The notes beneath the pieces were generated by a model. That model did no database searches and was not told the origin of the DNA. It was given only the letters and a program-made list of their open reading frames with translations. Below are positions 8,291 to 18,474 of a stretch of 64,000 nt of DNA, in pieces; the first letter of the stretch is position 1, and each line of letters starts with the position of its first letter. The translations under genes and the position numbers were made by a program. The DNA comes from an uncultured Acidobacteriota bacterium (lineage in GTDB: Bacteria > Acidobacteriota > Vicinamibacteria > Vicinamibacterales > UBA8438), in contig CAJWLU010000007.1 in assembly GCA_913043225.1 (NCBI GenBank), positions 32,001-96,000 of the forward strand. Reading direction: 5' to 3'.

Positions 8291-9664
8291 ATGCGCATCC
8301 ATTCTCGTCGGTGCCTGCTCCTCCTGACCGGTGTCGTCATCACGGCCTGCGGCGGCGCACCGGCGCCCAGCTCCGAAGGTGCTGAACCGGTAGGCCTGGC
8401 CATTGTCGGCGCGCGTCTAATCGATGGTACCGGCGGCACGCCGGTCGATGACTCTGTGGTGCTCGTGCGCGACGGACGCATCCAGGCAGCCGGCGCTCGT
8501 GACGCCGTCCCGGTTCCAGACGGTGCCGAGGTCGTGGACGCATCGGGACAAACCATCATTCCGGGTCTGGTCGACCTGCACGGCCATTACGGAGGCTCGA
8601 TCGAGGCAGCCGAACAGGCACTCAAGAACCAACTCTACTACGGTGTGACGACGACCAGGAGCATCGGCAGTGACCCCCCAGACAAGGTCGCGCTCATGCT
8701 CGAAGCGCACGCCGGGAGAGCCGATCTCCCCCGAGCCTTCACGGCCGGACTCGGCTTCTCCTACCCCGGCGGGTTCAACTCTAGCTTCCCGAACCTGCCG
8801 ACAACGGAGGACGAGGCACGAGAAATGGTCCGCGCGCAGGCGGCGCTCAACGTGCACTTCACCAAGATGTGGATCAACGAGGTGGCCGAACCGGAACGGA
8901 AGATTCCGCCAGGCATCCGGATCGCCATCGTCGACGAGTCGATTCGGAACGGCCTGGTCCCGGTAGCCCATATCGACGAAGAGGCTGACGCCGTCCAACT
9001 GCTCGAAGCGGGGCTCAATGAGTTTCTGCACAGCACCGTGTTGACCTTCGGCCCAGGTTCAGGGGCTCCGATGGACGACCCCGAGCCGGGTCAGGAGTTC
9101 GTCAACCTTTGCCTAGAGCGCGACTGCGCCTTCACCCCAACGCTCTCGATCATCCAGAACAACTGGCACTTCGCCGAACTCCCGGAGCTACTTGAGGACG
9201 CCGACCTTCGGCGGGTAATGAACCCGGGGGCGCTTGAGCGCTTCAGCGACGCTGAGACCAGGGCCGGGATCATCGAGGCCGACAACTTCACCGACCGACA
9301 GGCGGCGTTCCGCCAGGTGCAGAACTTCGTCAAGACGATTCACGACGCGGGCATCAAGGTAGCGCTGGGCACCGATAGTGGCACGGCGAACGTGCCGATG
9401 GGCTGGGGCACACACCACGAGCTCGAGCTCTACGTCGAGGCGGGACTCACACCGATGGAGACGCTGGTGGCTGCCACCTCTACCGGGGCCAGTCGGATGC
9501 CCCCGGTCGGCGAGGCGGATTTCGGGACACTGGCGACCGGAATGAGCGCCGACCTAGTCCTGCTCGACGCCGACCCGCTCGAGGACATTTCGAATACCCT
9601 GGCGATCAACCGGGTCATGCTGCGCGGGGAATGGGTCGACCGAGAGAGCCTGCTCGCGCCCTAA
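8291..9664 (+). CDS. Amidohydrolase family lipoprotein (paralog B)
   Basis: Lipobox ITAC; PGLVDLHGH, FTKMW, VAH, FLH, GTD; colinear with 4242-5621. Confidence 0.9.
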   Translation: MRIHSRRCLLLLTGVVITACGGAPAPSSEGAEPVGLAIVGARLIDGTGGTPVDDSVVLVRDGRIQAAGARDAVPVPDGAEVVDASGQTIIPGLVDLHGHYGGSIEAAEQALKNQLYYGVTTTRSIGSDPPDKVALMLEAHAGRADLPRAFTAGLGFSYPGGFNSSFPNLPTTEDEAREMVRAQAALNVHFTKMWINEVAEPERKIPPGIRIAIVDESIRNGLVPVAHIDEEADAVQLLEAGLNEFLHSTVLTFGPGSGAPMDDPEPGQEFVNLCLERDCAFTPTLSIIQNNWHFAELPELLEDADLRRVMNPGALERFSDAETRAGIIEADNFTDRQAAFRQVQNFVKTIHDAGIKVALGTDSGTANVPMGWGTHHELELYVEAGLTPMETLVAATSTGASRMPPVGEADFGTLATGMSADLVLLDADPLEDISNTLAINRVMLRGEWVDRESLLAP

Positions 9665-9669
9665 TCGGC

Positions 9670-11178
9670 CTACCCCGGCGGCTTGAGCAGCGGCAGCTCC
9701 GCTAAATAGAGGAGCTGCGTGCCCGGCTCCAGCCGATACTCCTTCGACGGGTTGATGACCTCCTTGCCGGCCGGAGTCCTGAGACCCACCACGAGGCCAC
9801 CACGCTTTGAGAGCTGTATCCGGACGAGCAGCTCACCAAACGTTTCGTCACGCATTCCTTCGTCCGGCACCAGACCGACGTATACGTTGTGAGCCCCGGA
9901 CATGAGCACCCGGCTCATAGCAGAGGCGCTGCCGTGATAACGAACAGCGTGGGCAATCATCGAGTAGCCAATCCTCTGGCTCTCGATCACCTCGTCGGCG
10001 CCGGCCATCTTGGCGTGATCAACGTTCTCAGAATCGAGCACCTCCGCCACCAGGTAGAGCGGGGACCGTCGGTGCCGGACGCTTCCCGCGTGGCTCTGCA
10101 TATAGGCGCGGATAGTGAACGTGATGAGGATGGTCTTCGCATCGGCCGCCTGCGGAGTGGTGTCACGCTCGCCAGTGACGATAACCCCGGCAGCGTGGGT
10201 CAGCCGGACCTTGTCCAGCTCGCTCTCCTTGGTAGGGTCGCCCTGCACCCAAAAGAACGCGGGCGGCAGATCTTTCGGCCGTTCGTGACAGTCGAACAGA
10301 ACGACCCGAGTTTCCTGGAGCTTGAGCTCGTACTGGAGCGCGTCGAGCATAAGGTGCGTGCTCTCGTCCCATCCGCATACGACGATGTGGTTCACGTAGT
10401 CGCTCATCCGGAACTGCTCCTCACGAATGCTGAGCATGCTGTTGACCAAGCTCGCACCAACGATGCCGGCGAAGAGCGCCAGCGTAAACATCCCACCAAT
10501 CATCAGGCCAGCTCCGACAATCCGCCCTAGCCCAGTCACCACCGAGATGTCGCCAAATCCGACCGTCGTCACCGTCACCAGCGCCCACCACAGACCGTCG
10601 CCAAAACTCGCGATCTGCGGATTGACCCGGCTCTCAACCAGGAAGATGGTGGCCCCTCCCAGTAACGTCACCACTCCCAACACTACGAAGGCAAGCGTGA
10701 AAAGCAGCCGGTTCTCTTCGAACGCCTGGAAGACGATGGCGAACGGATTACGATACTGGAACACGCTAGACGTGCGCAGCAACCGTAGTAGCCGAAGCAC
10801 ACGCAGGCCGCGGAGCTCAGGAAACAGCGCGAGCACGGCGAGCAGGTCGATCACCATCTGTGGCCGGGCCAGGAACTTGAGACGGCCGACAAGATGCGCG
10901 TGCAAGTGCCCCAGCGGGGGCCGTTTGAAAACGTCCAGTGCAGGGGGACGGAAGGTTCCCACCCGAAGAAGGATCTCGATGGCAAAGACGGTAAGGAGGA
11001 ACCGGTCGGCCAGGGCCACCACTTCAGCGGCCCGGACAGCCTCGGGTAATATCGACTCGAGGCCGAGCAGCACGATCGAGATCAGGATGAGGATCCAGAC
11101 CAGCGACTGGGTTACCCGGTACGCCCGGGTCTCCCGCACATGGAACGCCTCGTGCAGCCAGCCAGTCAACGCGCCCAT
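9670..11178 (-). CDS. Potassium channel (voltage-sensor-like 6TM plus RCK/TrkA-N domain)
   Basis: S4 LRGLRVLRLLRLLR, filter TTVGFGD, HIVVCGW and GDPT RCK motifs. Confidence 0.9.
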   Translation of the reverse strand: MGALTGWLHEAFHVRETRAYRVTQSLVWILILISIVLLGLESILPEAVRAAEVVALADRFLLTVFAIEILLRVGTFRPPALDVFKRPPLGHLHAHLVGRLKFLARPQMVIDLLAVLALFPELRGLRVLRLLRLLRTSSVFQYRNPFAIVFQAFEENRLLFTLAFVVLGVVTLLGGATIFLVESRVNPQIASFGDGLWWALVTVTTVGFGDISVVTGLGRIVGAGLMIGGMFTLALFAGIVGASLVNSMLSIREEQFRMSDYVNHIVVCGWDESTHLMLDALQYELKLQETRVVLFDCHERPKDLPPAFFWVQGDPTKESELDKVRLTHAAGVIVTGERDTTPQAADAKTILITFTIRAYMQSHAGSVRHRRSPLYLVAEVLDSENVDHAKMAGADEVIESQRIGYSMIAHAVRYHGSASAMSRVLMSGAHNVYVGLVPDEGMRDETFGELLVRIQLSKRGGLVVGLRTPAGKEVINPSKEYRLEPGTQLLYLAELPLLKPPG

Positions 11179-11250
11179 ATCGTCAGCCTACACCCACCGC
11201 TGCAATACGTCGACGTAAGCGGAAGACGCTGTCTCGAAGTCCTGAACGCC

Positions 11251-13656
11251 ATGAACATCTTCACATCGGTTCGGCGACGTCATCCACAGATCGTGCCCGG
11301 TTTATCGGTCGCCATCACTGTCACCGCCACCGCTTTCGCCCAACCTCCCATCATCCAGCCTGGCGCCCCCGGGGAACCGAGCCGCGAGATCACGGCCGCC
11401 GAGGCGGCGGACCTGGCCGGCTTCAGCTATACCGACGGTGACGTCAAGTTCGTGCAGGGCATGATTCCGCATCATGCCCAGGCGCTCGAGATGACCGCGC
11501 TGGTCGGGGGCCGCACCCAAAGTAACGAAATACGGCAACTCGCCCAACGGATCGAGATCTCGCAAGAAGACGAGATCGCGATGATGCAGGAGTGGCTCCG
11601 CGACCGCGACCAGGATGTGCCCACGATCGACACGCACCATCAGCCCGGATGGACGCTGATGCCCGGCATGCTCACACCGGAGGAGATGGCCGAGCTTGAA
11701 GCCGCTACCGACGCCACGTTCGATCGGCTGTTTCTCCAGCTGATGATCAAGCACCACCGCGGAGCGCTGACAATGGTCGATAACCTACTCGACCAGGCGG
11801 GCGCGGCCCAGGACTCGCAGCTCTTCGCCTTCACCTCCGACGTCGAGACCGATCAGAGCATAGAGATCGACCGGATGGACGACATGCTATCCGCGCTATC
11901 GACGGACCCCCGGGTGCAGCTCGCGGGCGGATTCGACCACGCCGAACAGGCTCTCTGGAACATGGCACTGGTCTCCAGCCAGCCGAAGCCGGAGGGATTC
12001 TACGACCCGGCGGAAGCCGCCCAGCGAGCGAGGGACAACGACGAGGAGAACGACCCGCCGCGCGAGCGTCCGCGGCGCGGGCTGCTGGACTTCTCGAACA
12101 CCGACATGGCCTTCTCGGGCGACATCTTGTTCGAAGGCAACTACCACGGCTTCAGCACCTATCGGGTTGAGGTGCCTGCTTCGCCGCAACTGGTTGCGTC
12201 TGTCGTCTGTCCGGGCGGACAGGGTGACGTCTCGGTGATCGGGGAGCTGCTCATCATGTCGGTCGAACAGACCCGGGGCCGCCTCGACTGTGGCCTGCAA
12301 GGGGTCTCCGAGCGGGTGAGCGACGAGCGGTTCCGGGGCATCCGGATCTTCGACATTAGCGACATGCGGCGCCCTCTGCAGCTAGCCGCCGTCCAGACCT
12401 GCCGGGGATCACACACCCACACATTGGTCGGCGACCCGGACGGCAGCGGCAACATCTATGTCTACGGATCAGGCACCGCGCCGGTTCGTTCAGGCGAGGA
12501 ACTAGAGGGGTGCTCAGACGCTTCCCCCACCGAAGAGCCGCAAACAGCACTCTTTCGAATCGATGTCATCCGGATCCCGCTGGCGAACCCGGCCGAGGCC
12601 AGTGTGGTCAACCGACCGTTCCTCTTCCGTGACCCAGACACCGGTGAGATCGCGGGTCTGTGGGGCGGCGGTGATCATGGCCCAGGTACGCAGCGGACGC
12701 GAATGACCAACCAGTGTCACGACATCACCGCGTACCCCGAGATTGGACTTGCAGCGGGTGCCTGCTCCGGCAACGGCATCCTGATCGATATCTCCGATCC
12801 GGAACACCCGGTGCGAATCGACGAAGTGGTAGACCCCGGGTTCTCCTACTGGCACTCGGCGACCTTTAACAACGACGGCTCCAAGGTTCTCTTCACCGAC
12901 GAGTGGGGCGGCGGCGGCCGAGCCCGCTGCCGCGCGTCGGACCCCATCAACTGGGGAGCCAACGCCATCTACGACATCGTGGACAACCGCCTGCAGTATC
13001 GGAGCCACTACAAGCTGCCTGCACCGCAGGGCGAGACGGAGAACTGCGTCGCCCACAACGGCTCGCTAGTGCCGGTCCCGGGCCGCGACATCATGGTGCA
13101 GGCCTGGTATCAGGGCGGCATCTCGGTCTTCGACTTCACCGACTCGTCGAACCCGTTCGAGATCGCCTACTTCGACAGGGGACCGCTGAACCCGGACCGG
13201 TTGATGATGGGCGGCTTCTGGTCTGCCTACTGGTATCGCGGTTACATTTACGGCACCGAGATCGCGCGTGGGCTCGACGTCCTCGAGCTCCTACCCAGCG
13301 AGCACCTCACCGAGAACGAGATCGCGGCCGCGTCTACCGTGGCGTCCGAGACCTTCAACGCCCAGGATCAGCGACGAGTCACATGGCCGGCCCGACCGAT
13401 CGTAGCGCTCGCCTATGTGGACCAGTTGGCCGGCGGGAACGCCTTAACGGCGGCTCAACTCGAATCGATTGGCGCCCTGCTCGAACGCACCGACGCGCCG
13501 CTGGCCACGGGATCGCGAGATACCGGACTCGCCGATGAGCTCGAGAGCGCGGCGCAGGTTGTGGACAGAGCCGCCGGTGGAGCCAGCGGACGCACCGAAG
13601 CCAAAATCGAGACGCTAGGCGGCTTGCTGCGAGACCTTGAAGAGCGGTTGCGCTAA
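11251..13656 (+). CDS. Exported DUF305 (ferritin-like helical bundle) plus LVIVD-repeat beta-propeller fusion
   Basis: GMIPHHAQALEM and MIKHHRGALTM (DUF305); VCPGGQGDVS, TCRGSHTHT, CHDIT, WHSATF, NCVAHNG; start approximate. Confidence 0.85.
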   Translation: MNIFTSVRRRHPQIVPGLSVAITVTATAFAQPPIIQPGAPGEPSREITAAEAADLAGFSYTDGDVKFVQGMIPHHAQALEMTALVGGRTQSNEIRQLAQRIEISQEDEIAMMQEWLRDRDQDVPTIDTHHQPGWTLMPGMLTPEEMAELEAATDATFDRLFLQLMIKHHRGALTMVDNLLDQAGAAQDSQLFAFTSDVETDQSIEIDRMDDMLSALSTDPRVQLAGGFDHAEQALWNMALVSSQPKPEGFYDPAEAAQRARDNDEENDPPRERPRRGLLDFSNTDMAFSGDILFEGNYHGFSTYRVEVPASPQLVASVVCPGGQGDVSVIGELLIMSVEQTRGRLDCGLQGVSERVSDERFRGIRIFDISDMRRPLQLAAVQTCRGSHTHTLVGDPDGSGNIYVYGSGTAPVRSGEELEGCSDASPTEEPQTALFRIDVIRIPLANPAEASVVNRPFLFRDPDTGEIAGLWGGGDHGPGTQRTRMTNQCHDITAYPEIGLAAGACSGNGILIDISDPEHPVRIDEVVDPGFSYWHSATFNNDGSKVLFTDEWGGGGRARCRASDPINWGANAIYDIVDNRLQYRSHYKLPAPQGETENCVAHNGSLVPVPGRDIMVQAWYQGGISVFDFTDSSNPFEIAYFDRGPLNPDRLMMGGFWSAYWYRGYIYGTEIARGLDVLELLPSEHLTENEIAAASTVASETFNAQDQRRVTWPARPIVALAYVDQLAGGNALTAAQLESIGALLERTDAPLATGSRDTGLADELESAAQVVDRAAGGASGRTEAKIETLGGLLRDLEERLR

Positions 13657-13670
13657 ACCCTCTCTCCCAC

Positions 13671-13811
13671 GCTAGCTACATCGAGTACGCGAAAACGTCC
13701 GCCGGTTGGATTCTGCGCACCGACTACCGGCTCACCGTCACGGGCCACCGGGCTCTCGAGGACTACCTCGACCGGATGGAAACGCTGATCCAGACTACGC
13801 ACTGCCGGTAG
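13671..13811 (+). pseudogene. 3' remnant of a winged-helix (HTH_34-like) transcriptional regulator
   Basis: Translates ASYIEYAKTSAGWILRTDYRLTVTGHRALEDYLDRMETLIQTTHCR-stop; no start or N-terminal half. Confidence 0.65.
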
Positions 13812-13873
13812 CCGCCCCCCCTTCGCAAGGCGCCGCACGGCCACGCCGACGTGCGGTTGTATACTCTGGCCCG

Positions 13874-14479
13874 ATGGCACATCCGCTCTCGTCCTACACG
13901 GCGGTCCGCACGATCGGGCTCCTAAACCTGATCGCCGTCGGAACCCTCGCGCTCGCGGGACCGGCGAACGCGCAGATCACGGCGACGGCACGCACGGGCG
14001 CAACCCCGGCTTGGAACAAGGGCCTTCAACCGATCTCGCCTGAGAGCTACTACAATGCCATCGAGTGTGGGAACACGGACGCCGCCGACCCACCGTGTGT
14101 CTTCTGGGACACCGGGTTGTGCGAGAATGATGACTTCACGCTTAACGCCTACTCGGCCTACAAGCAGGTCGCCTACGAAGTGTGGGCCACGGTTCGTCAG
14201 GGACAGCCGGCGCCCGAGCCGAACTTCTACGCCGCCAGGAACACCCGGGTCACAATCAGCGCGGAACCGAAGTCAGACTCTTCGAACGAGTTCCAAGACC
14301 TGATCCTTAAGCGCGGTGACCAGGTAGCCTCACCGGTTGATCGAAACATCCGAGCCAAGCGGGTCACCTGGGACTACGACGCCTGGGCACCCCGAAGCGC
14401 CGTGACCCTCGAAATGGTCGGCTCCGAGCGCACCATCTCGTGCACCATCCCAGCGGCGGTACTCCAGCAGTTCCGCTGA
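13874..14479 (+). CDS. Secreted Cys-containing hypothetical protein
   Basis: ATG 13874 is 8 nt after TATACT; signal peptide ending ANA-Q; four Cys; ends 7 nt before rocD. Confidence 0.7.
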   Translation: MAHPLSSYTAVRTIGLLNLIAVGTLALAGPANAQITATARTGATPAWNKGLQPISPESYYNAIECGNTDAADPPCVFWDTGLCENDDFTLNAYSAYKQVAYEVWATVRQGQPAPEPNFYAARNTRVTISAEPKSDSSNEFQDLILKRGDQVASPVDRNIRAKRVTWDYDAWAPRSAVTLEMVGSERTISCTIPAAVLQQFR

Positions 14480-14486
14480 TTCGCAC

Positions 14487-15707
14487 ATGTCGTACACCGC
14501 GATCGGTCCCGACCAGCTCATTGGTCTCGAAGGCCAGTACGGCGCACGTAACTACCATCCGCTCGACGTGGTTCTCACTCGAGGCGAAGGCGTCTGGGTG
14601 TGGGATGTCGAAGGCCGGCGCTACCTCGACTGCCTGGCCGCCTATTCGGCCGTGAACCAGGGACACTGTCATCCACGGATTGTGGCTGCCCTAACCGAGC
14701 AGGCGGCGCGGATCACGCTGACGTCCCGGGCATTTCGGAACGACCAACTTGGTCCGTTCTATGAGGAGCTGTCGGCATTGACCGGGTTCCCCCGCATCTT
14801 GCCGATGAATACCGGCGCCGAGGCAGTGGAGACGGCCGTCAAGATGGCCCGCAAATGGGCCTACCAGGTCAAGGGCGTCCCGGCCAACCAAGCCGAGATC
14901 CTCGTCTTTTCGAACAACTTCCACGGACGAACCACCACCATCGTAGGCTTCTCTAGCGAGGAAAAGTATCGCGACGGATTCGGTCCATTCGCCCCGGGCT
15001 TCAGATTGCTCCCCTTCGGAGATCTGGCCGCACTCGACGACGCCTTCTCGACAAAGGTAGCGGCGGTGCTGGTCGAACCGATTCAGGGGGAAGCCGGCAT
15101 CCTAGTCCCGCCGGACGGCTATCTCCGGGCATTGCGTGACTCTTGCGACGAGCACCAAGCGCTGCTGATGGTAGACGAGATTCAGAGTGGTCTCGGACGC
15201 ACCGGACGCCTATTCGCTTACGAGCACGACGACATCCGTCCCGATGCGATCATAGTCGGGAAGGCGCTCGCGGGCGGCTGCTACCCGGTCTCGGCGGTGC
15301 TGGCCGACGACGTGCCGATGCAGGTCTTCAACCCCGGTGACCACGGGTCGACGTTCGGCGGGAACCCGCTCGGGTGCGCTGTGGCGCGCGCCGCCCTCCG
15401 CGTACTGACCGAGGAGCGGCTCATCGAAAACTCCGCCACCCTGGGACGGTATCTGTTCGATCGGCTGTCGGTCCTACCCCAGGCCTCGATCCGCGAAGTA
15501 CGCGGACGTGGGCTCTGGGTCGGCGTCGAGCTCACGCCCGAAGCCGGCGGAGCACGACGCTACTGCGAGGCACTGCAGGCCGAGGGCATTCTCTGCAAGG
15601 AAACCCACGAGCACGTCATCCGGTTCGCTCCCCCACTCGTGATCACGCGCGACGAGATCGACTGGGCTATGGAGCGGGTGGAGCGGGTCTTCGACAGCCT
15701 CAGCTAG
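14487..15707 (+). CDS. rocD: Ornithine--oxo-acid aminotransferase
   Basis: [59 protein letters not shown]. Confidence 0.95.
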   Translation: MSYTAIGPDQLIGLEGQYGARNYHPLDVVLTRGEGVWVWDVEGRRYLDCLAAYSAVNQGHCHPRIVAALTEQAARITLTSRAFRNDQLGPFYEELSALTGFPRILPMNTGAEAVETAVKMARKWAYQVKGVPANQAEILVFSNNFHGRTTTIVGFSSEEKYRDGFGPFAPGFRLLPFGDLAALDDAFSTKVAAVLVEPIQGEAGILVPPDGYLRALRDSCDEHQALLMVDEIQSGLGRTGRLFAYEHDDIRPDAIIVGKALAGGCYPVSAVLADDVPMQVFNPGDHGSTFGGNPLGCAVARAALRVLTEERLIENSATLGRYLFDRLSVLPQASIREVRGRGLWVGVELTPEAGGARRYCEALQAEGILCKETHEHVIRFAPPLVITRDEIDWAMERVERVFDSLS

Positions 15708-15719
15708 TACCAACCGACC

Positions 15720-16871
15720 ATGAGCCAGCTACGCGACGCCGCCGCGGTGTCCGGGATCGGCGAAACTCAGTATCTGCGGGGTACCGACAAGACCCCGTTG
15801 CGACTCACGCTCGAGGCCTCACTGGCAGCAATCGACGACGCGGGGCTTACCCCAAAAGCAATCGATGGCATCGTGGCCTATGCCAGTGGTGGGGTGGTTG
15901 CCGAGGATCTGCTCACTGCCTTCGGGAGCGAGGACTTCCTATTCTCCGCGACCACGCCGCTCGGAGGGGCCAGTGCGGCGGCCGCACTCCAGTGTGCCGC
16001 AATGGCCGTCGCCACCGGGGTCGCGACCCACGTGCTGATTCCACTGGGCCGCGCCGGCTACTCGGGCACGCGGATCAACCGCCGGGTCGGCCAGATGCGA
16101 CAGTTCGATGTGGTGTCGCAATTCGAAGCACCGGTCGGTGCCAACGCCCCGGCACAGTACTACGCGCCGATGGCCCGACGGCACATGGAGCTCTACGGCA
16201 CCACCAGTGAGCAATTTGGCGAGGTGGCCGTAACTATGCGCCGCCACGCCGCGCTCAATCCCAACGCATTGATGCGCAAGTCGATGAGCCTGGAAGATCA
16301 TCAGGCCTCGCGCATGATCGCCGACCCGTTCCGGCTGTTCGACTGCTGCCTAGAGAGCGACGGCGGCGCCGCCGTAGTGGTCTCCGCCGCCGAACGGGCC
16401 CGCGACATGCCTCGTCGGCCGGTCTACTTGTCCGGCATGGGCGTCGGGCACCCGGACTCACCGAGCGCGATCACGCAGCGGCCCGACATAACTACCTTAG
16501 GACTCGCCAAGGCAGCGCCGCGGGCGTTCGCCATGGCGGGCGTCACGCCCGACGACATCGACGTAGCCCAGCTCTACGATTGCTTCACCTACACGGTACT
16601 GTGCCAGCTTGAAGACCTCGGGTATTGCCCGAAGGGCGAAGGTGGCGCCTTCGTGGAAGGGGGACGCCTGGGTCTCGACGGAGACCTGCCGACCAACACT
16701 CACGGCGGGCTGCTCTCGCAGGCGCATGTGGCTGGGCTGAATCACGTGGTGGAGTTGGTACGTCAGCTTCGAGGCGAGGCCGAGGGCCGACAGGTCGAGG
16801 ACGCCGAAATAGGCCTAGTTACGGGCTATGGTGACCTTGGCGATGGCTCACTGGCCATTATGCGGCGGTGA
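15720..16871 (+). CDS. Thiolase-like (SCP2/Ltp2-type) protein, possible acyl-CoA aldolase
   Basis: SGIGET, DCCLESDGG, AQLYDCF, NTHGGLLS; GGAS where thiolases carry the nucleophilic Cys. Confidence 0.88.
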   Translation: MSQLRDAAAVSGIGETQYLRGTDKTPLRLTLEASLAAIDDAGLTPKAIDGIVAYASGGVVAEDLLTAFGSEDFLFSATTPLGGASAAAALQCAAMAVATGVATHVLIPLGRAGYSGTRINRRVGQMRQFDVVSQFEAPVGANAPAQYYAPMARRHMELYGTTSEQFGEVAVTMRRHAALNPNALMRKSMSLEDHQASRMIADPFRLFDCCLESDGGAAVVVSAAERARDMPRRPVYLSGMGVGHPDSPSAITQRPDITTLGLAKAAPRAFAMAGVTPDDIDVAQLYDCFTYTVLCQLEDLGYCPKGEGGAFVEGGRLGLDGDLPTNTHGGLLSQAHVAGLNHVVELVRQLRGEAEGRQVEDAEIGLVTGYGDLGDGSLAIMRR

Positions 16872-16872
16872 C

Positions 16873-17316
16873 ATGATGCGGCAAGGAGCGAGGAGTCAGG
16901 AAGTAGAAGATACGAGCGTACGCCCCACGCCGGAGACGACGGCTGACAGCCAGCCCTACTGGGACGGGCTACGAGAGCACCGGCTCATGCTCCAACGATG
17001 CGCCAGCTGCAAGACCCCCCGCCACTACCCTCGGCCGATGTGCGCTAGCTGCCACTCACTCGAGGCCGAGTGGTTTGAGGCCACCGGACACGGCACGGTG
17101 CACAGCTGGACCGTCAGCCATCACGCCTTCCACCGCGGATTCAAGGACACGACCCCATACACACTGGTGACGGTCGATTTGGAGGCTGGGGTGCGCATGG
17201 TCGCTCCGCTCGCGTCGTCATCTGAGCAGCCACTCCGTCTGGGCGCCCCTGTGGTGCTCGAATATCACGACGTGAGCAACGAGCTCACGCTGCCGAGGTT
17301 TCGTACTCATGAATAA
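16873..17316 (+). CDS. DUF35 Zn-ribbon/OB-fold protein
   Basis: PYWDG, QRCASC...YPRPMCASC, GTVHSWTV, PYTLVTVDL. Confidence 0.9.
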   Translation: MMRQGARSQEVEDTSVRPTPETTADSQPYWDGLREHRLMLQRCASCKTPRHYPRPMCASCHSLEAEWFEATGHGTVHSWTVSHHAFHRGFKDTTPYTLVTVDLEAGVRMVAPLASSSEQPLRLGAPVVLEYHDVSNELTLPRFRTHE

Positions 17317-17764
17317 CCTGCTAACCCCAGAGATCAAGGACTGGATCGGTCGCTCGGACACCCCGATCCCTCTCGAAGTCTCCAGACGCGATATCCAGAA
17401 ATACGCCATCGCCACCGAACAGCGGGTGGAGAAGTACCGCCGGGGAGACGAAGCACCGCCAATGTTTCTCTTTAACGCCCACTCGCCCCTGGTAGATCTG
17501 GACCAGCTTCGGCCAGACGGGCTCACCGTCGACGCGCTGCTACCAGAACTGCCGCTCAAGCGGGTGATGGCGGGCGGCGTCAAGAACACCTATCACCGCC
17601 CGATCCGGCCGGGCGACCAGCTCGTCCTCACCCGCACCCTGACCGACATCTATGAGAAACAGGGACGAAGCGGCCCACTCATCTTCGTGACCTACGTCAT
17701 GCGGGTCGAGACCGAAGCGGGTGAACTCGTGATGGAAGAAACCAGAAAGCGCATCTTCAGGTAG
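17309..17764 (+). CDS. MaoC-like dehydratase N-terminal (hotdog) protein
   Basis: VSRRDIQKYAIA, APPMF, HRPIRPGD, DIYEKQGRSGPLIFV. Confidence 0.85.
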   Translation: MNNLLTPEIKDWIGRSDTPIPLEVSRRDIQKYAIATEQRVEKYRRGDEAPPMFLFNAHSPLVDLDQLRPDGLTVDALLPELPLKRVMAGGVKNTYHRPIRPGDQLVLTRTLTDIYEKQGRSGPLIFVTYVMRVETEAGELVMEETRKRIFR

Positions 17765-17769
17765 GACCC

Positions 17770-18177
17770 ATGCCCAGCATAGACATCGCCGTTGGCACTG
17801 CCATCGAGGAGCGCTCGCACCATCCGTCGATGGTCTCCCTCTTCCTCTACAACGCCGTCATCTGGAATCCACACCGGATTCACTTTGACGAGACCTACAC
17901 CACGCAGGTGGAAAAGCACCCGGGCATCGTGATCGACGGTCCTCTGCAGGGCGACTGGCTGGCCCAGGTGGTCACCGAGTGGCTCAGCGACGACGGCACG
18001 CTGGTGGAGATGGAGTACTCAAACCGACGCGCGTGCTACCTCGGCGAGACCCTCCGAGCCGGAGGCACCGTGAGCGAGGTGAACCGTGAGACCGGCACGA
18101 TCTCGCTGGAGCTGTACATCAAGAATCAGAGAAATGAAGTGCTTGCGCCTGGCCGAGCCATCGTGAAGCTGTCATAG
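17770..18177 (+). CDS. MaoC-like hotdog hydratase subunit
   Basis: LFLYNAVIWNPHRIHFD hydratase-type motif, GIVIDGPL. Confidence 0.82.
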   Translation: MPSIDIAVGTAIEERSHHPSMVSLFLYNAVIWNPHRIHFDETYTTQVEKHPGIVIDGPLQGDWLAQVVTEWLSDDGTLVEMEYSNRRACYLGETLRAGGTVSEVNRETGTISLELYIKNQRNEVLAPGRAIVKLS

Positions 18178-18474
18178 CTACCGACGAAACGCCGCCGCGG
18201 ACATCACCAGGAGCCCACCGGCCAGCCCAGCTGCGGCCCCAGCCACGATGCTGCTGGTCGGCTCGGGTAGCGCGAACCACAGCACGCCGACAGCAATGCC
18301 GGCCCCCGCGAGCAGGGCGCTGCCCAAGGCAACGGCGATACCCGTCCAACCACCTTTTGCGACCTGCACACGGACCGGCGCCGCACCGGGTGCCGAAGGA
18401 CCGCCCCGCCGGCGCGCGACGTAGAGGAGAAAGGCGAGCCCGGCGAGAATAGCAAGCTCGGTCGGTCCGATCAC
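18178..18474 (-). CDS. Small membrane protein (about 3 TM), hypothetical
   Basis: 98-aa ORF with three hydrophobic segments; starts IGPTELAILAGL. Confidence 0.6.
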   Translation of the reverse strand: MIGPTELAILAGLAFLLYVARRRGGPSAPGAAPVRVQVAKGGWTGIAVALGSALLAGAGIAVGVLWFALPEPTSSIVAGAAAGLAGGLLVMSAAAFRR

